Origin: an uncultured bacterium
GTDB taxonomy: Bacteria > Krumholzibacteriota > Krumholzibacteriia > LZORAL124-64-63
Assembly: GCA_963732385.1 (NCBI GenBank)
Contig: CAVSZB010000007.1
Location: 576,001 to 640,000, forward strand
Direction: 5' to 3'
Length of the DNA: 64,000 nt
Every line of letters starts with the position of its first letter. Position 1 is the stretch's first letter. The notes under the pieces were generated by a model that saw only the letters and a program-made list of their open reading frames with translations, did not search any database and had not been told where the DNA came from. The position numbers and the translations under genes were made by a program. Positions 9,921-19,923 of the stretch are shown in pieces.

Positions 9921-9945
9921 CCGGCAGCGTGGCGTCCGACCGCGG

Positions 9946-12900
9946 TCATTTCACGAGCGCCATCTTCTGAGTCCGGACCTGCCCGGAAGCCTCGGCGCGG
10001 AGCAGGTAGGTCCCGCTGGCCTGCGCCTGCCCGGCGCCGTCACGACCGTCCCAGATCCAGGTCCGCCAGCCGGTTCCCGTCTGACCGGCGTTCAGGACGC
10101 GCACCAGACGACCCTGGAGGTTGTACACCCGCAGTCCGAGCGGCACCGTCTCCCCGGCCGGACCCGGCACGAACAGCCGCACCGTCGTGGCGGGGTTGAA
10201 CGGGTTCGGATAGTTCGGTGCAACCGCCAACATCACCGACGGCACTTCGCCGGGAGTGCCGGTCAGCATGGTGCGCCGATAGACGCCGTCACGCCAGTTG
10301 CTGCCCCGGAACGTTGGCCACGGCATCAGATCCGGGTTGTAGGCGAAAGGCAGACTCCAGACATGTACCTGCAGATCCCAACCGCCGTAGACGATGTTGA
10401 CGTTGCCGTCGCCGTCAAGGTCGCACAGCACCGGGCACGGCCGGATCGGCCCCCCCATGGTGAGCGGGAAGCCCGACACCAGGGCGCCATTCGCCTTGAA
10501 GGCATAGATATTATTGGGTGACGACTCGTTGCCGCCGCCGATCCCGAACACGATGTCCAGCCCGCCATCGCCGTCGATATCCCCGACAAGGGGACTCGAC
10601 TCCGAATTGCCAGGCAGGCTTATCGGCCAGCCCGGCATGGTCAGGCCGGAAGTACCGCCCGCGATGTCGGTGTCGATCAGCCGCAAAGCGGCGCTCGCGC
10701 CGTTAGCGATCGCGACCGCCGCAATCTCCAGCCGACCATCGTTGTCGAAATCGGCGAGCGCCGGACTGGGGCACGAGATGCTGCCATTGATGCTGTTGGC
10801 CACGAACGCGATCGGGAAACCGGGGTAGCGATGACCGTTCTGCCGCACGACGTAGAGCGAGTCGGCCTCGGACACGAAAACGATCTCCGCCAGCCCGTCG
10901 TTGTCGAGATCGCCAACGCTCGGACTGCAGGCTATGGCACCGGCGATGCCCGTCGCGAACGGGAACCCGGCCGCCTGGGTGCCGTCGAAGCGATAGGCGT
11001 AGAGGTAATTGGGCACACCGGAGTACTTCGAGCCGAAGATGATCTCCTTGCGCCCGTCATGATCCAGATCACACAGCGCAGGCGAGCTCCAGCTGTACTC
11101 GTAAGTCGCGTTCGAACGCGCGACGAACACGCCGTTCGTGGCCGGATTGTTGTCGCCGTCCCGCAACTCCGTGCCATCACGGTGCCAGACAAATGTACGA
11201 CCGGCGATGTCGTTGCAGACGATCTCCGGCGCGCCATCGCCATCCACGTCGCCGACTGCCGGCGTGGTCCAGTTCCAGCTTGTGCCGACCAGAGTCTGGG
11301 GCCAGCCGGGCAGCTCGCTGCCGTCGCGGCGGAAAATGTGGATCTTGTACTGGACGCGCTCGCTGGCGATGATCTCAAGGCCGGGCACATCGTCGAGATT
11401 GGCCAGCGTAACGCCCGCCGGGGAGAAGTTGAGCACGGCAGTGACGGTGCTCAGGCCCGTGAACGGCCCGAGGGTCTGCGCGTCGTTGTCGCCGTCGCGC
11501 AGTTCGCCGCCGTCAGCGGTCCAGACATAAACCTCGTCCGACGCCATCACGATCTCGAGCGAACCGTCGCCGTCCACATCTCCGACAGCGTTGTGGCCGC
11601 TCGTCTCCTTCGCCATGGGCAGCGGGAAGCCGCTCATTTCCGGTGGCGCAGTGCTCTGCGCCACCACGGCCGAAACCGGTCCTTCGTTCAGCGACGAATC
11701 CACCGCTGAAACCCGGTAGTAATACTGCGTGAGCAGGGCCAGCCCGGCATCGCGGAAGTAGGAGGTCCGCTCGATCAGATCGGTGTTCGCCCGCGTGAAA
11801 GGTCCGGAGCCGCTGGTGCTGCGATAGACATGGTAGCCGCGCAGATGGGGCGTCGTCACCGGCGGCCAGGCCAGACTGATGACGTCCGGTCCGAAGGTAA
11901 TGTTGGTCGTCGGCGGCTCTGGAGCGGCCGGCGGGTTCAGCACGAAGTTGTGCCGCACTGAGCGCCCCATCGCATCGCTGAACAGGATCCAGCAGGCATG
12001 ATCGAGGCTGACGTCGGTTTCGGCGAGCGAGAACGGGACCGACCCGGACGCCTCCTGCAGCAGCGCCAGGCTGCTGTAGGTGGCGACGGTGTCGCGCAGG
12101 ACCACCGCGGGATCCATGGTACGCAGGCGCCCGGTGATCGCCCCGGAAAGCCCGGCGCCGTAATTCTTGAGCTTCACCGCGATGGTGACGCGCTCGTTGT
12201 CCTGCTGGATCCCGTCACTGTTGCCGAAGGTCTGGTCCGACCAGGTCAGCGTGATCGGCGCCAGCTCCGGCGCCAGCAGGACAGGGTTCCACTCGCTGAC
12301 GTAGGGACCGCCCGTCAGCGCGGTCACGGTGACCGTGAACGCGACGCTCAGGCCATCGGACAGGGCTCCGTCGGCGCGCACCAGGAACGGCTCAGTGGCC
12401 GCCTTCACACCACCCGACGGCACATTGCCGACGCTGGCGGTGCCGTCGAGGATCGTCAGGCCGGTCGTGCCGCCGCTGAGGGTGGCGAGACAGTTCAAGG
12501 CCCCGCCATTGCCGGTGTCGCGATACTGCGTGAAGACCGCCACCGTTTCGCCGGCGTCGAAACGACCATCACCGTTGCCGCTGCTGCCGGCGGTGCCGTT
12601 GTCGGTGATCGTCACCGCGTCCAGCGCAATGTAGGCGCCGGCGGTGGTCACCGGCAGATCGCGCGAGTTCTGGGCCAGCCCGGCCCCGCTGACCACCAGG
12701 CGGGCCGTGCCGGAGCTGGTCGGGGTGTAGGCAAGCGCCACCTGGCCGGCGGCGTCAGTGAGACCCGAGGCATAGTCGTCGTCCGTCTTGCTGAGGCAGA
12801 CGAGCGCTCCGGCGACCGGCAGGCCGCCCGCGGTCACGGTTACCGTCACGGTCTGCGCGCCGGCCGCCAGCGAGGCCGGCGCAACCACGGTCGCCGCCCG

Positions 12901-14814
12901 CGGCGCACCGGCCCAGACCGCCAGGCCCGGATCGCCGAGCAGGGTGTAATTCAGGAAAGTCCAGCGGTCGTACGAGTTGATAACTGTGTTGGACAACTGC
13001 GGCAGGCGGCTGAGGCTCATCAGGTCGCCCAGCCGGTGGGTGCCGGTGCAGAACAGCACCCGGAAGAACTCCACCTGGTAGAAGTTCGCCGTCAGGGGGA
13101 ACGCGGCGCGGGCCGCACCGATCGCGGCCACCGCGCCGCCGTTCGGGTTCTGGACGAAGCGCTCCATCAGGCAGGAGTAGTCGAACGCGGCGGACGCGCA
13201 GTTGAGGGCGTACAGCAGGAACGGCCGTCCGGTGTTGTGCAGCGCGTCGGCGTCGGAGACCGTGAAATTGGCATCGCCCAGCGACATGTTGACGAAGAAA
13301 CCGTGGCCAACCTGGTTGACGATGCCGAAGTGACCCGTGTTGACGGAGTCGGTGAAGGCGCTGCGCGTGAGACGGATCGATCCGGGCCAGAGCGGATACG
13401 ACTCGTACAGCCGCGTCGACGTCATGTCGGTGCAGGGAAGTAGCGAGCCGTTGTACAGTTGTTCGGCGAAACTTGCTCCGTCGAGCGTGATTGTCGCCCC
13501 CGCGGTGTAGATGGACGGAGACAGCACCTCCGCCGCGAACAGCATCCGGTCGGGCCAGGCGATGCCCGCCGTCTGCTGCTCATAGCCGATGACCTTGTCG
13601 ATGAAAACATTGACCGCGTTCTCGGAACTGACTGCGGCGCGTCCCAGACGCACCTCGTCAGCCAGGTCGACAGCGTCCCCGGGGTTCAGGGCCTCGTAAT
13701 GTTCGCCATAGAAGTTGTCGGCATCGGCATTCCAGTTTCCGTCCAGGCAGGCGAAGTAGAGATCGGCTGGCACTTCGGTGCCGATCCCAGGGGGGTAGAA
13801 TGTGTTGTGGGCGTAACGTGGCGGGATCACGTCGGTGTCGCCGCCGAGCAGAACGTACTCAACTCCCCAGCGCTGGTAGGCCTCGCGGATGAACAGACGG
13901 ATCGTCTCCTGAACATCCGCACCGTGCCGGTAGTTCGCCTCTATCCATTCCACAGTCTTGACGACCGCCGGGTCTCCCAGCGCCGTGCGATAATCGGCCA
14001 GACGCTGAAAAGCCGGAGCCAGCGCCGCCCGCGTGATGATCAGGTAGCGGACCGGACTCCCCTCCAGGCTGGGCGTCTGGCTCGGCGCAAAACCGCCCGC
14101 CGGCTCCGCCACGACAGCGCCATCGGTTCGGAGGTATCCGGACAACGCCGCGGGGTTCGCGATCAGGTCGGCCAGTTCCGCCTCGGCGCGCGCGCGCTCG
14201 CCCGGCAACCGCCGCTCGCGCACGGCGATCTCCGTCGCCGCCCCGGTCTTCCCGCCTGCGGTCCCCGGCAGGAGCCGGATCGCGTAGCGATCGAGCACTT
14301 CCAGTTCACTCCACTCGCCCGCCGCGTCGCGCACCGCACGCAGCGGATAGATCCGCACCAGCGCCAGGCGGAAACCGCGCCAGACCTGCGTGCCGCCGAA
14401 TTCGCCCCACTGCGCCGGGAAGGCCGGCCCGTCGATTGCGAGCCGCGTATCGGCCAAGGCCACCCCCTCACTGCTGATGAGCGGCGGCCCCATGGCCAGC
14501 CGCCCCGGAACGTGCACGCGGTGCGTCGCCAGAGCCACCACTTCGATGCCGCCTGGCGCCGCCTCCAGCGGCACGAGCAGGCGCAGGTCGTATGCCGACA
14601 ACGCAGGGCGATCCGTCTCGGCCCACGCCCGGCTGTCGGCCAGGCGTGGCTTCAGAGTCCCTTCGGCGGTCGTTTCCCACGCCAGTTCGCCGGTGAACTG
14701 TCCTTCGAAAAAGGCGGCGGGGACGCCGGCGCCCAGAGCCACGGACCCCCAGGCCAGAGCCGTCACCGTGGAGGCGATCCGGAAGATGCGGTTGATCGAA
14801 CGCTGGTGGTCCAT
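9946..14814 (-). CDS. Secreted C25 (gingipain-family) cysteine peptidase with Ig/Fn3 domains, FG-GAP repeats and FlgD/T9SS-like C-terminal domain
   Basis: Signal peptide; YVLLGGD; catalytic GHG and NC (LNCAS); YTLLGDP; many DxDGDG/DLDxDG repeats; C-terminal NYPNPFNP..T...VYNLQGRLV; GGAGG RBS at ATG 14814. Confidence 0.9.
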   Translation of the reverse strand: MDHQRSINRIFRIASTVTALAWGSVALGAGVPAAFFEGQFTGELAWETTAEGTLKPRLADSRAWAETDRPALSAYDLRLLVPLEAAPGGIEVVALATHRVHVPGRLAMGPPLISSEGVALADTRLAIDGPAFPAQWGEFGGTQVWRGFRLALVRIYPLRAVRDAAGEWSELEVLDRYAIRLLPGTAGGKTGAATEIAVRERRLPGERARAEAELADLIANPAALSGYLRTDGAVVAEPAGGFAPSQTPSLEGSPVRYLIITRAALAPAFQRLADYRTALGDPAVVKTVEWIEANYRHGADVQETIRLFIREAYQRWGVEYVLLGGDTDVIPPRYAHNTFYPPGIGTEVPADLYFACLDGNWNADADNFYGEHYEALNPGDAVDLADEVRLGRAAVSSENAVNVFIDKVIGYEQQTAGIAWPDRMLFAAEVLSPSIYTAGATITLDGASFAEQLYNGSLLPCTDMTSTRLYESYPLWPGSIRLTRSAFTDSVNTGHFGIVNQVGHGFFVNMSLGDANFTVSDADALHNTGRPFLLYALNCASAAFDYSCLMERFVQNPNGGAVAAIGAARAAFPLTANFYQVEFFRVLFCTGTHRLGDLMSLSRLPQLSNTVINSYDRWTFLNYTLLGDPGLAVWAGAPRAATVVAPASLAAGAQTVTVTVTAGGLPVAGALVCLSKTDDDYASGLTDAAGQVALAYTPTSSGTARLVVSGAGLAQNSRDLPVTTAGAYIALDAVTITDNGTAGSSGNGDGRFDAGETVAVFTQYRDTGNGGALNCLATLSGGTTGLTILDGTASVGNVPSGGVKAATEPFLVRADGALSDGLSVAFTVTVTALTGGPYVSEWNPVLLAPELAPITLTWSDQTFGNSDGIQQDNERVTIAVKLKNYGAGLSGAITGRLRTMDPAVVLRDTVATYSSLALLQEASGSVPFSLAETDVSLDHACWILFSDAMGRSVRHNFVLNPPAAPEPPTTNITFGPDVISLAWPPVTTPHLRGYHVYRSTSGSGPFTRANTDLIERTSYFRDAGLALLTQYYYRVSAVDSSLNEGPVSAVVAQSTAPPEMSGFPLPMAKETSGHNAVGDVDGDGSLEIVMASDEVYVWTADGGELRDGDNDAQTLGPFTGLSTVTAVLNFSPAGVTLANLDDVPGLEIIASERVQYKIHIFRRDGSELPGWPQTLVGTSWNWTTPAVGDVDGDGAPEIVCNDIAGRTFVWHRDGTELRDGDNNPATNGVFVARSNATYEYSWSSPALCDLDHDGRKEIIFGSKYSGVPNYLYAYRFDGTQAAGFPFATGIAGAIACSPSVGDLDNDGLAEIVFVSEADSLYVVRQNGHRYPGFPIAFVANSINGSISCPSPALADFDNDGRLEIAAVAIANGASAALRLIDTDIAGGTSGLTMPGWPISLPGNSESSPLVGDIDGDGGLDIVFGIGGGNESSPNNIYAFKANGALVSGFPLTMGGPIRPCPVLCDLDGDGNVNIVYGGWDLQVHVWSLPFAYNPDLMPWPTFRGSNWRDGVYRRTMLTGTPGEVPSVMLAVAPNYPNPFNPATTVRLFVPGPAGETVPLGLRVYNLQGRLVRVLNAGQTGTGWRTWIWDGRDGAGQAQASGTYLLRAEASGQVRTQKMALVK

Positions 14815-15058
14815 GCAAACCCTCCGGTAAATAGCGGCCGCATCCGCGGCATGACGCCGCGGAAGCCGATAATTCATCACGAGATACTAAGTGAGGAAAC
14901 CGGTGCCTCCTCGGGGGACTGTGAACGCTGTTGTCAACCCGGGCGAGCCAACATGGCACGCCACTGCAGTACGTTAACCTTATGCGGTCGTCCAGCCCTC
15001 CAGGAGGTGGTAGGTGAGCGGCGCCGCCGTAGCGGTCCACTCAAGAGTGACTGTCACC

Positions 15059-15087
15059 ATTTTACCAGAGAAACGGGGCGCGGTCAA
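15059..15087 (-). promoter_or_regulatory. sigma70-type promoter with extended -10, upstream of the C25 peptidase
   Basis: TTGACC-N17-TAAAAT preceded by TGG. Confidence 0.6.
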
Positions 15088-15146
15088 TACCCGCGCCCCG
15101 CCAACCGACCGCAGCAGGGTAATTTTGCGCGCCGCCACAACCGTCG

Positions 15147-15824
15147 TCAGCCGCTCACGCCCAGATCCGCACCGGTCCAGCGCGCCCACCAGTACGGACC
15201 GTAGCTGATCCCGTCGCGCCGGATAGCGGCCGCCAGCCGTACGCCCTGCGCCTCCGGCCCTCCCCCCTGCCCGCCGATCAGTCGCGCCAGGGCCCCAGGG
15301 TCTGCCACGATCGCCTCGTTGGTCGCCATCCCGTGCCGCCACCCCTCCCGTCGACCGCCAGCATCGAGCCGGGCCAGGAACCGGCCCAGCGTCAGCAAAG
15401 GTCGGCGGCCCCCGGGATCGAGCCGCGCCAGCAGAGTCATCGCATCCCGGTAGTGCCGCGCGGCCGGCGGCCTGGAGACCGGCTCGTCCTCGAAGATCCA
15501 GAGCCGCCCGTCTGGTGCGAGGCAGCGTCTCCACGCCTCCGGCACAGTCTCGGAGCCCCGCGCCGGCCAGAGGTGCCGCAACAGGTTTGCAGCGACGAGC
15601 AGCGCGACACTGCCGTCGGGCAGCGGCAGGGCCCGCGCGTCGGCCACGGCGTCGGCAACCGTGCCCCGCCGCGGCGGTATGCGATCGATCCGCCACGGAC
15701 GCACGCCGCGCTCGGCGAGCACGGCGCTGAAGCGTCCGTCACCGCAGCCCACCTCGATCGTGCGGCGACCGGCGGTCAGCACCAGGTCTTCAAGAAAAAT
15801 CGCGGGTAGTGGGCAGAACGACAT
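15147..15824 (-). CDS. Class I SAM-dependent methyltransferase
   Basis: IEVGCGDG motif I; ADARALPLPDGSV; LAPDGRLWIFE. Confidence 0.8.
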   Translation of the reverse strand: MSFCPLPAIFLEDLVLTAGRRTIEVGCGDGRFSAVLAERGVRPWRIDRIPPRRGTVADAVADARALPLPDGSVALLVAANLLRHLWPARGSETVPEAWRRCLAPDGRLWIFEDEPVSRPPAARHYRDAMTLLARLDPGGRRPLLTLGRFLARLDAGGRREGWRHGMATNEAIVADPGALARLIGGQGGGPEAQGVRLAAAIRRDGISYGPYWWARWTGADLGVSG

Positions 15825-17112
15825 CCTCGCCCATTTCCTCCGGCGCGCCGGCTTCGACCGTCCGCCGGCGCGACGCGGCCGGAGCCGGGTGCGTTACGAG
15901 TCGCCCGGGGCCGGGATCGCCAGCAACGGCGGCGACCGCCACCAACGTGCGCTGCACACGCTCCCGCTCGGCCTGCAGGTCGACGATCCCCGCCACCCTG
16001 CGCCTGGGAGCCCCCAGGCGCTGCTCCAGCCGATCGTCAAAGCCGAAAATGTAGAGGATCTCGGTCAAGGAATCGAAACCGAGCACGCGATTGCGCCGGT
16101 GCTGTGTCGCCTCCAGGTGCAGGGAAAACAGCCAGCACCCCAACGCCGGCATCCCGACCCACGGCACGCGCAGGAAATCGGACAGAGCGAACAACACCGT
16201 GCCGGCTGTGATCAGCAGGAGGAAGGCCACCGCGGCGCGCGGCGAAAAGCCGACCCGCACCAGACGGTGGTGCAGGTGATAGTCGTCGGCCTGGAAGATC
16301 GATGCGTGCTTGCGCCACCGACGGATGATCGTCGTGCCGGTGTCCCAGATCGGGACCACCATCGGCGCCAGCAGAACCGGCAGCGGCACACTCGTCCGGC
16401 GTCCCAGATCCAGAAGCAGCGTGCCGAGCACGAGCCCCATCCACATGCTGCCGGAGTCGCCCAGGAAGATCTTGCGCCGGCTGATGTTCCAATAGAAGAA
16501 GGCCACCGTCGCCCCGCACAGCGTGGCCGCGCACACCAGCGGCACGAACTCCCCCACCGCCAGCGAGATAGTGCCCAACGAGAGGAGCACCAGCACGCTG
16601 ATGCCGCTCGCCAACCCGTCGAGCCCATCGATCAGATTCATCGAATTGATGAAGCCGAGGTACCAGAGCATGGTGATCGGCCAGGCCCAGCCACCGAGAT
16701 CGATCCGGCCGAACGGCGGCAGATTCACCACCTCGAGACGCTGTCCGAAAAGCATCAGCCCCAGGATCACGAGCAACTGTCCGTAAAGCTTCTTCTCCGC
16801 GTGGATCCCGAAGCGATCGTCCCACACCCCCAGCGCCAGAATCGCCAGGCCGGCCCCGATGAGAACGCTGAGCCAGGACCACGGCATCGCATCCGTGAGA
16901 CTGAGGCGTTCCTGGATGTAAAGCGTGAAAAAGAAAGATATGAAGATGGCCATGCCGCCGGTGCGCGGCACCGGCCTCAAATGCGAACGTCGGAAACCGG
17001 GGTGATCCACGATCTTGGTCAGGAAACCGAGATTGCGGAAGTGCGGCTGCACCAGCCACGACATGCTGAAGGCCAGCAGTCCGCACAACAGCGCAACGAT
17101 CTCCCTATCCAC
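15790..17112 (-). CDS. WecA/MraY-family undecaprenyl-phosphate HexNAc-1-P transferase
   Basis: GVWDD, NSMNLIDGLDGLA, IFLGDSGS, HLHHRL motifs; about 10-11 TM segments. Confidence 0.93.
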   Translation of the reverse strand: MDREIVALLCGLLAFSMSWLVQPHFRNLGFLTKIVDHPGFRRSHLRPVPRTGGMAIFISFFFTLYIQERLSLTDAMPWSWLSVLIGAGLAILALGVWDDRFGIHAEKKLYGQLLVILGLMLFGQRLEVVNLPPFGRIDLGGWAWPITMLWYLGFINSMNLIDGLDGLASGISVLVLLSLGTISLAVGEFVPLVCAATLCGATVAFFYWNISRRKIFLGDSGSMWMGLVLGTLLLDLGRRTSVPLPVLLAPMVVPIWDTGTTIIRRWRKHASIFQADDYHLHHRLVRVGFSPRAAVAFLLLITAGTVLFALSDFLRVPWVGMPALGCWLFSLHLEATQHRRNRVLGFDSLTEILYIFGFDDRLEQRLGAPRRRVAGIVDLQAERERVQRTLVAVAAVAGDPGPGRLVTHPAPAASRRRTVEAGAPEEMGEDVVLPTTRDFS

Positions 17113-17162
17113 GCAGCACTCCTTACCTGACGGTGAATCCGCCAGCCAGTCATCTTGGCAAA

Positions 17163-18347
17163 CTAAACATTGTCCCTGGGCGGGGCAACGGCAATCTCGT
17201 CACGCGGGACTGCCGCCGCCATCACCTCCGCGTAAACCGCTGCCGTGGCGTCAGCCGTGCGCTCCCACGACCAGGCCCGCGCCCGCTCGCGACCGCGTGC
17301 GATCAATCGCGCCCGCAGCGCCGCGTCCCGATCCAGCCGGAAGAGCGCTGCGGCGATGGCTTCGGAATCGTCGGGATCCACCAGCAGGGCCGCATCCCCC
17401 GCCACTTCCCGCATGGCGCCCCGGTCGGCCGTCAGGACCGGCAGGCCGGCCGCCATCGCCTCCAGGATCGGAAACCCGAAACCTTCGTGAAGGGAAGGAA
17501 AAAGCAACGCACGTGCCGCACCGTACAAGTCCCACAAACGAGCGGGCTGGCAGTATCCCTCCAGGCGCAGCGCCCCACGCGCCTCCAGGGCGCGGATCGG
17601 CCCCCGGAGCGGGGAATCACCCCAGCCCCGGCCACCTACCAGGTTCAGATCGGGAGGAGGCGGACCGCCGGCGGCCTCGGCCTGGTCACGGAAACGGCGA
17701 TAAGCTTCCAGAAGCCGCGGCAAGTTCTTCCGCGGCTCGAGAGTGCCCACGAACAGGAACGGTCCCCCGACATCGGCACGCTCCCCGCGGACCGGCTGCT
17801 CCCAGACCCAGGAGGGGGTGCCGAAGGGGGTGACCCGCAGACGATCCCGAACGGAGGGAAAGTGCGCTGCTACATCGTCCGCGGTCGCCGCGGAGTTGGT
17901 GACGATCCGGTCAGCCCGCCGCAACGATGCCGGCACCAGCGCCTGATAATACCAGCGCCTGGGCAGCTCCACGGTGCCGGGAAACCGCCGATACGCCAGA
18001 TCGTGCACCGTGACCACGCTCGGGCAGGGCAGGCGCAGCGGCGCCACGAACTGCAGGCTGTGCAGCACCGCGGCGCCCAGGCGCGCCGCCAAAGCCGGCA
18101 GGACGAATTGAGTGTACAGAGCTTTGCGCAGAGCCCCGCCACCGGCAGCGGGACAGGGCAGCACCCGCCAGCCTGGGACCCCCACCAGGGGGGCGAAAGC
18201 CGCGGGATGCGTGGTCAGCACGCCGAAATCAAATCCCCGGTCCCGGGCCGCAAGCGCCCGGGTCAGTTCCAGGATCGACCGCCCCACGCCGGTAGGCTCC
18301 GGCTGCACGAGCAGTCCGTCGAGGAGAATCAGCGGGCGCTCAGCCAC
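17163..18347 (-). CDS. GT4 family glycosyltransferase
   Basis: VVTVHDL, VGTLEPRKNL, PSLHEGFGFPILEAMAAG. Confidence 0.95.
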   Translation of the reverse strand: MAERPLILLDGLLVQPEPTGVGRSILELTRALAARDRGFDFGVLTTHPAAFAPLVGVPGWRVLPCPAAGGGALRKALYTQFVLPALAARLGAAVLHSLQFVAPLRLPCPSVVTVHDLAYRRFPGTVELPRRWYYQALVPASLRRADRIVTNSAATADDVAAHFPSVRDRLRVTPFGTPSWVWEQPVRGERADVGGPFLFVGTLEPRKNLPRLLEAYRRFRDQAEAAGGPPPPDLNLVGGRGWGDSPLRGPIRALEARGALRLEGYCQPARLWDLYGAARALLFPSLHEGFGFPILEAMAAGLPVLTADRGAMREVAGDAALLVDPDDSEAIAAALFRLDRDAALRARLIARGRERARAWSWERTADATAAVYAEVMAAAVPRDEIAVAPPRDNV

Positions 18348-19734
18348 GGTCCGCCTCCCCCTCCCGCAGTGCTGCCAGCAGCAGTCCCAGCGCGACCCAT
18401 ATGTGGGGCAGATTATACTGCGAGAACGTCAGGAGCTGGCCCCAGACGCCGATCAAAGCCGCCGCGAGCAGGGCCACACGCCAGCGGGCGTCGGCCCTCT
18501 CCGCCCCCGACCAGGCAGCCCCCGTGACGCGCCAGATCTGCCGGGTCAGCAGGATCGCCCCCGCCAGAAAGACCGCGAAGCCAAGGACTCCCGTTTCACA
18601 GAGGATTTCGAGCGGGAAGGAGTTGACGACCGGCCAGTTGAACTGGCTTTGCAGGCCGATCGGCTCGACCAGCGCCACGAAGTGGAATCCGAACTGCCCC
18701 CACCCTATGCCGACGAGCGGGCTCAGCAGGAACGCGCGCCACGCGGCCTGCATCGAGTACAGACGCGTGAGGTTGGACCAGTCCTCGCGATTGACCGACT
18801 GCGCCAGTCGTCGCAGCGGCAGGGACAGGATGTCCGGACGCCAGAACAGGATGGCCAGCACCGCTCCTGCCAACACCGCCGCCACCAGCCAGGGTCGCAG
18901 CCCCGCGATGCGGCCGTTCCGGTCGCAAAACCCGATACGCCGGGCGAGCAGCGCCCAGACGACGGCGGCGCCGCCCGCGGCCAGCCAGGCCCCGCGCGAC
19001 CAGGTCAGCAGCAGCAGAAGGCCACCGCAAAGCGCCAGCCCCTGGTGCCACCGTCGCGCGCCAGGCATCAGCACGACCGGCAGGGCCAGCAGGAGATAGT
19101 TGCCAAGGTAGAGCGGTTCGCAACAGGTGCCGCGCAGGCGGGGGATTCCGGTGAACCCGTGTCCAAGATACAACTCCTCGGAGCCGGAGAGGATGGTCGG
19201 GTTGGAGGTAAAGACGCGCTCCAGGGCGGCAAAGGCGAAGGAACCGCCACCGAACAGCAGGCCCTGGATCAGCCCGTAAAGCAGTTGACCCAGCAGGGCG
19301 AGGCTGAACATCCTGCGGGTCCATTCCCAGCGGGCGGCCCCCCGGGTCCAGACCAGGGGCCAGACCACGAACACGAACATGATCAGGATCTGGCTGAACT
19401 GTTTCGCAAGGCGCAGGAGTCGCGGCGCGGCGTCAGGTCCGCCAGCCGGGGGCTGGATCACCAGCCCCAGCGATGACACCGCCACCGCCGCCGCAGCGAC
19501 CAGGCCAAAGGTGCTCCACGGGCGGGCGGCTACCCAGCCCGCCTGCAACCGCCTCCGCCCCATCGCGGCGATGGCGAACAGCGTCGCACCGGCCAGGAAC
19601 AGATAGGCCGGCTGGAAACCGGCGCCCAGATCGACCCCGCTGGTCAGGCGCACCGGATCGCAGCCGATCAGGGGCAGGGTCAGGAGACATCCGCCATACA
19701 GGAGATGGGCCGTCCCCGATCGCGTCATGTCCAT
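18340..19734 (-). CDS. O-antigen ligase/polymerase (WaaL/Wzy-like) membrane protein
   Basis: Multi-TM; RLRGTCCEP, LTWSRGAW, PLVGIGWGQF, LEILCETGVLG. Confidence 0.88.
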   Translation of the reverse strand: MDMTRSGTAHLLYGGCLLTLPLIGCDPVRLTSGVDLGAGFQPAYLFLAGATLFAIAAMGRRRLQAGWVAARPWSTFGLVAAAAVAVSSLGLVIQPPAGGPDAAPRLLRLAKQFSQILIMFVFVVWPLVWTRGAARWEWTRRMFSLALLGQLLYGLIQGLLFGGGSFAFAALERVFTSNPTILSGSEELYLGHGFTGIPRLRGTCCEPLYLGNYLLLALPVVLMPGARRWHQGLALCGGLLLLLTWSRGAWLAAGGAAVVWALLARRIGFCDRNGRIAGLRPWLVAAVLAGAVLAILFWRPDILSLPLRRLAQSVNREDWSNLTRLYSMQAAWRAFLLSPLVGIGWGQFGFHFVALVEPIGLQSQFNWPVVNSFPLEILCETGVLGFAVFLAGAILLTRQIWRVTGAAWSGAERADARWRVALLAAALIGVWGQLLTFSQYNLPHIWVALGLLLAALREGEADRG

Positions 19735-19916
19735 CGGGCGAAGAGCCGCCCCCGGACGGTCAACGCGCCAACGATCACTGGCATTCCCAGCCCCAGCAGC
19801 AGGCCTGCGGCATCCCCCCCGGCCGCGGGCATGACCCCTCCCGGCCTGCAGGCGGCAGCGGCCAGGGCGAGCAGGCAGAACCCGACGACCGTCGAAGGCC
19901 GCGCCAAGCGGAACAC
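19725..19916 (-). CDS. Small hypothetical membrane protein (~63 aa)
   Basis: GTG 19916 fills the gap between neighbouring genes; two hydrophobic stretches; stop overlaps the next start. Confidence 0.4.
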   Translation of the reverse strand: MFRLARPSTVVGFCLLALAAAACRPGGVMPAAGGDAAGLLLGLGMPVIVGALTVRGRLFARWT

Positions 19917-19923
19917 CTTCGCG

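Noticed and set aside
14954..14968. sigma54-like TGGCACG...TGCA
   Set aside because: GG-GC spacing is 9 rather than the required 10, and it points away from any plus-strand gene.
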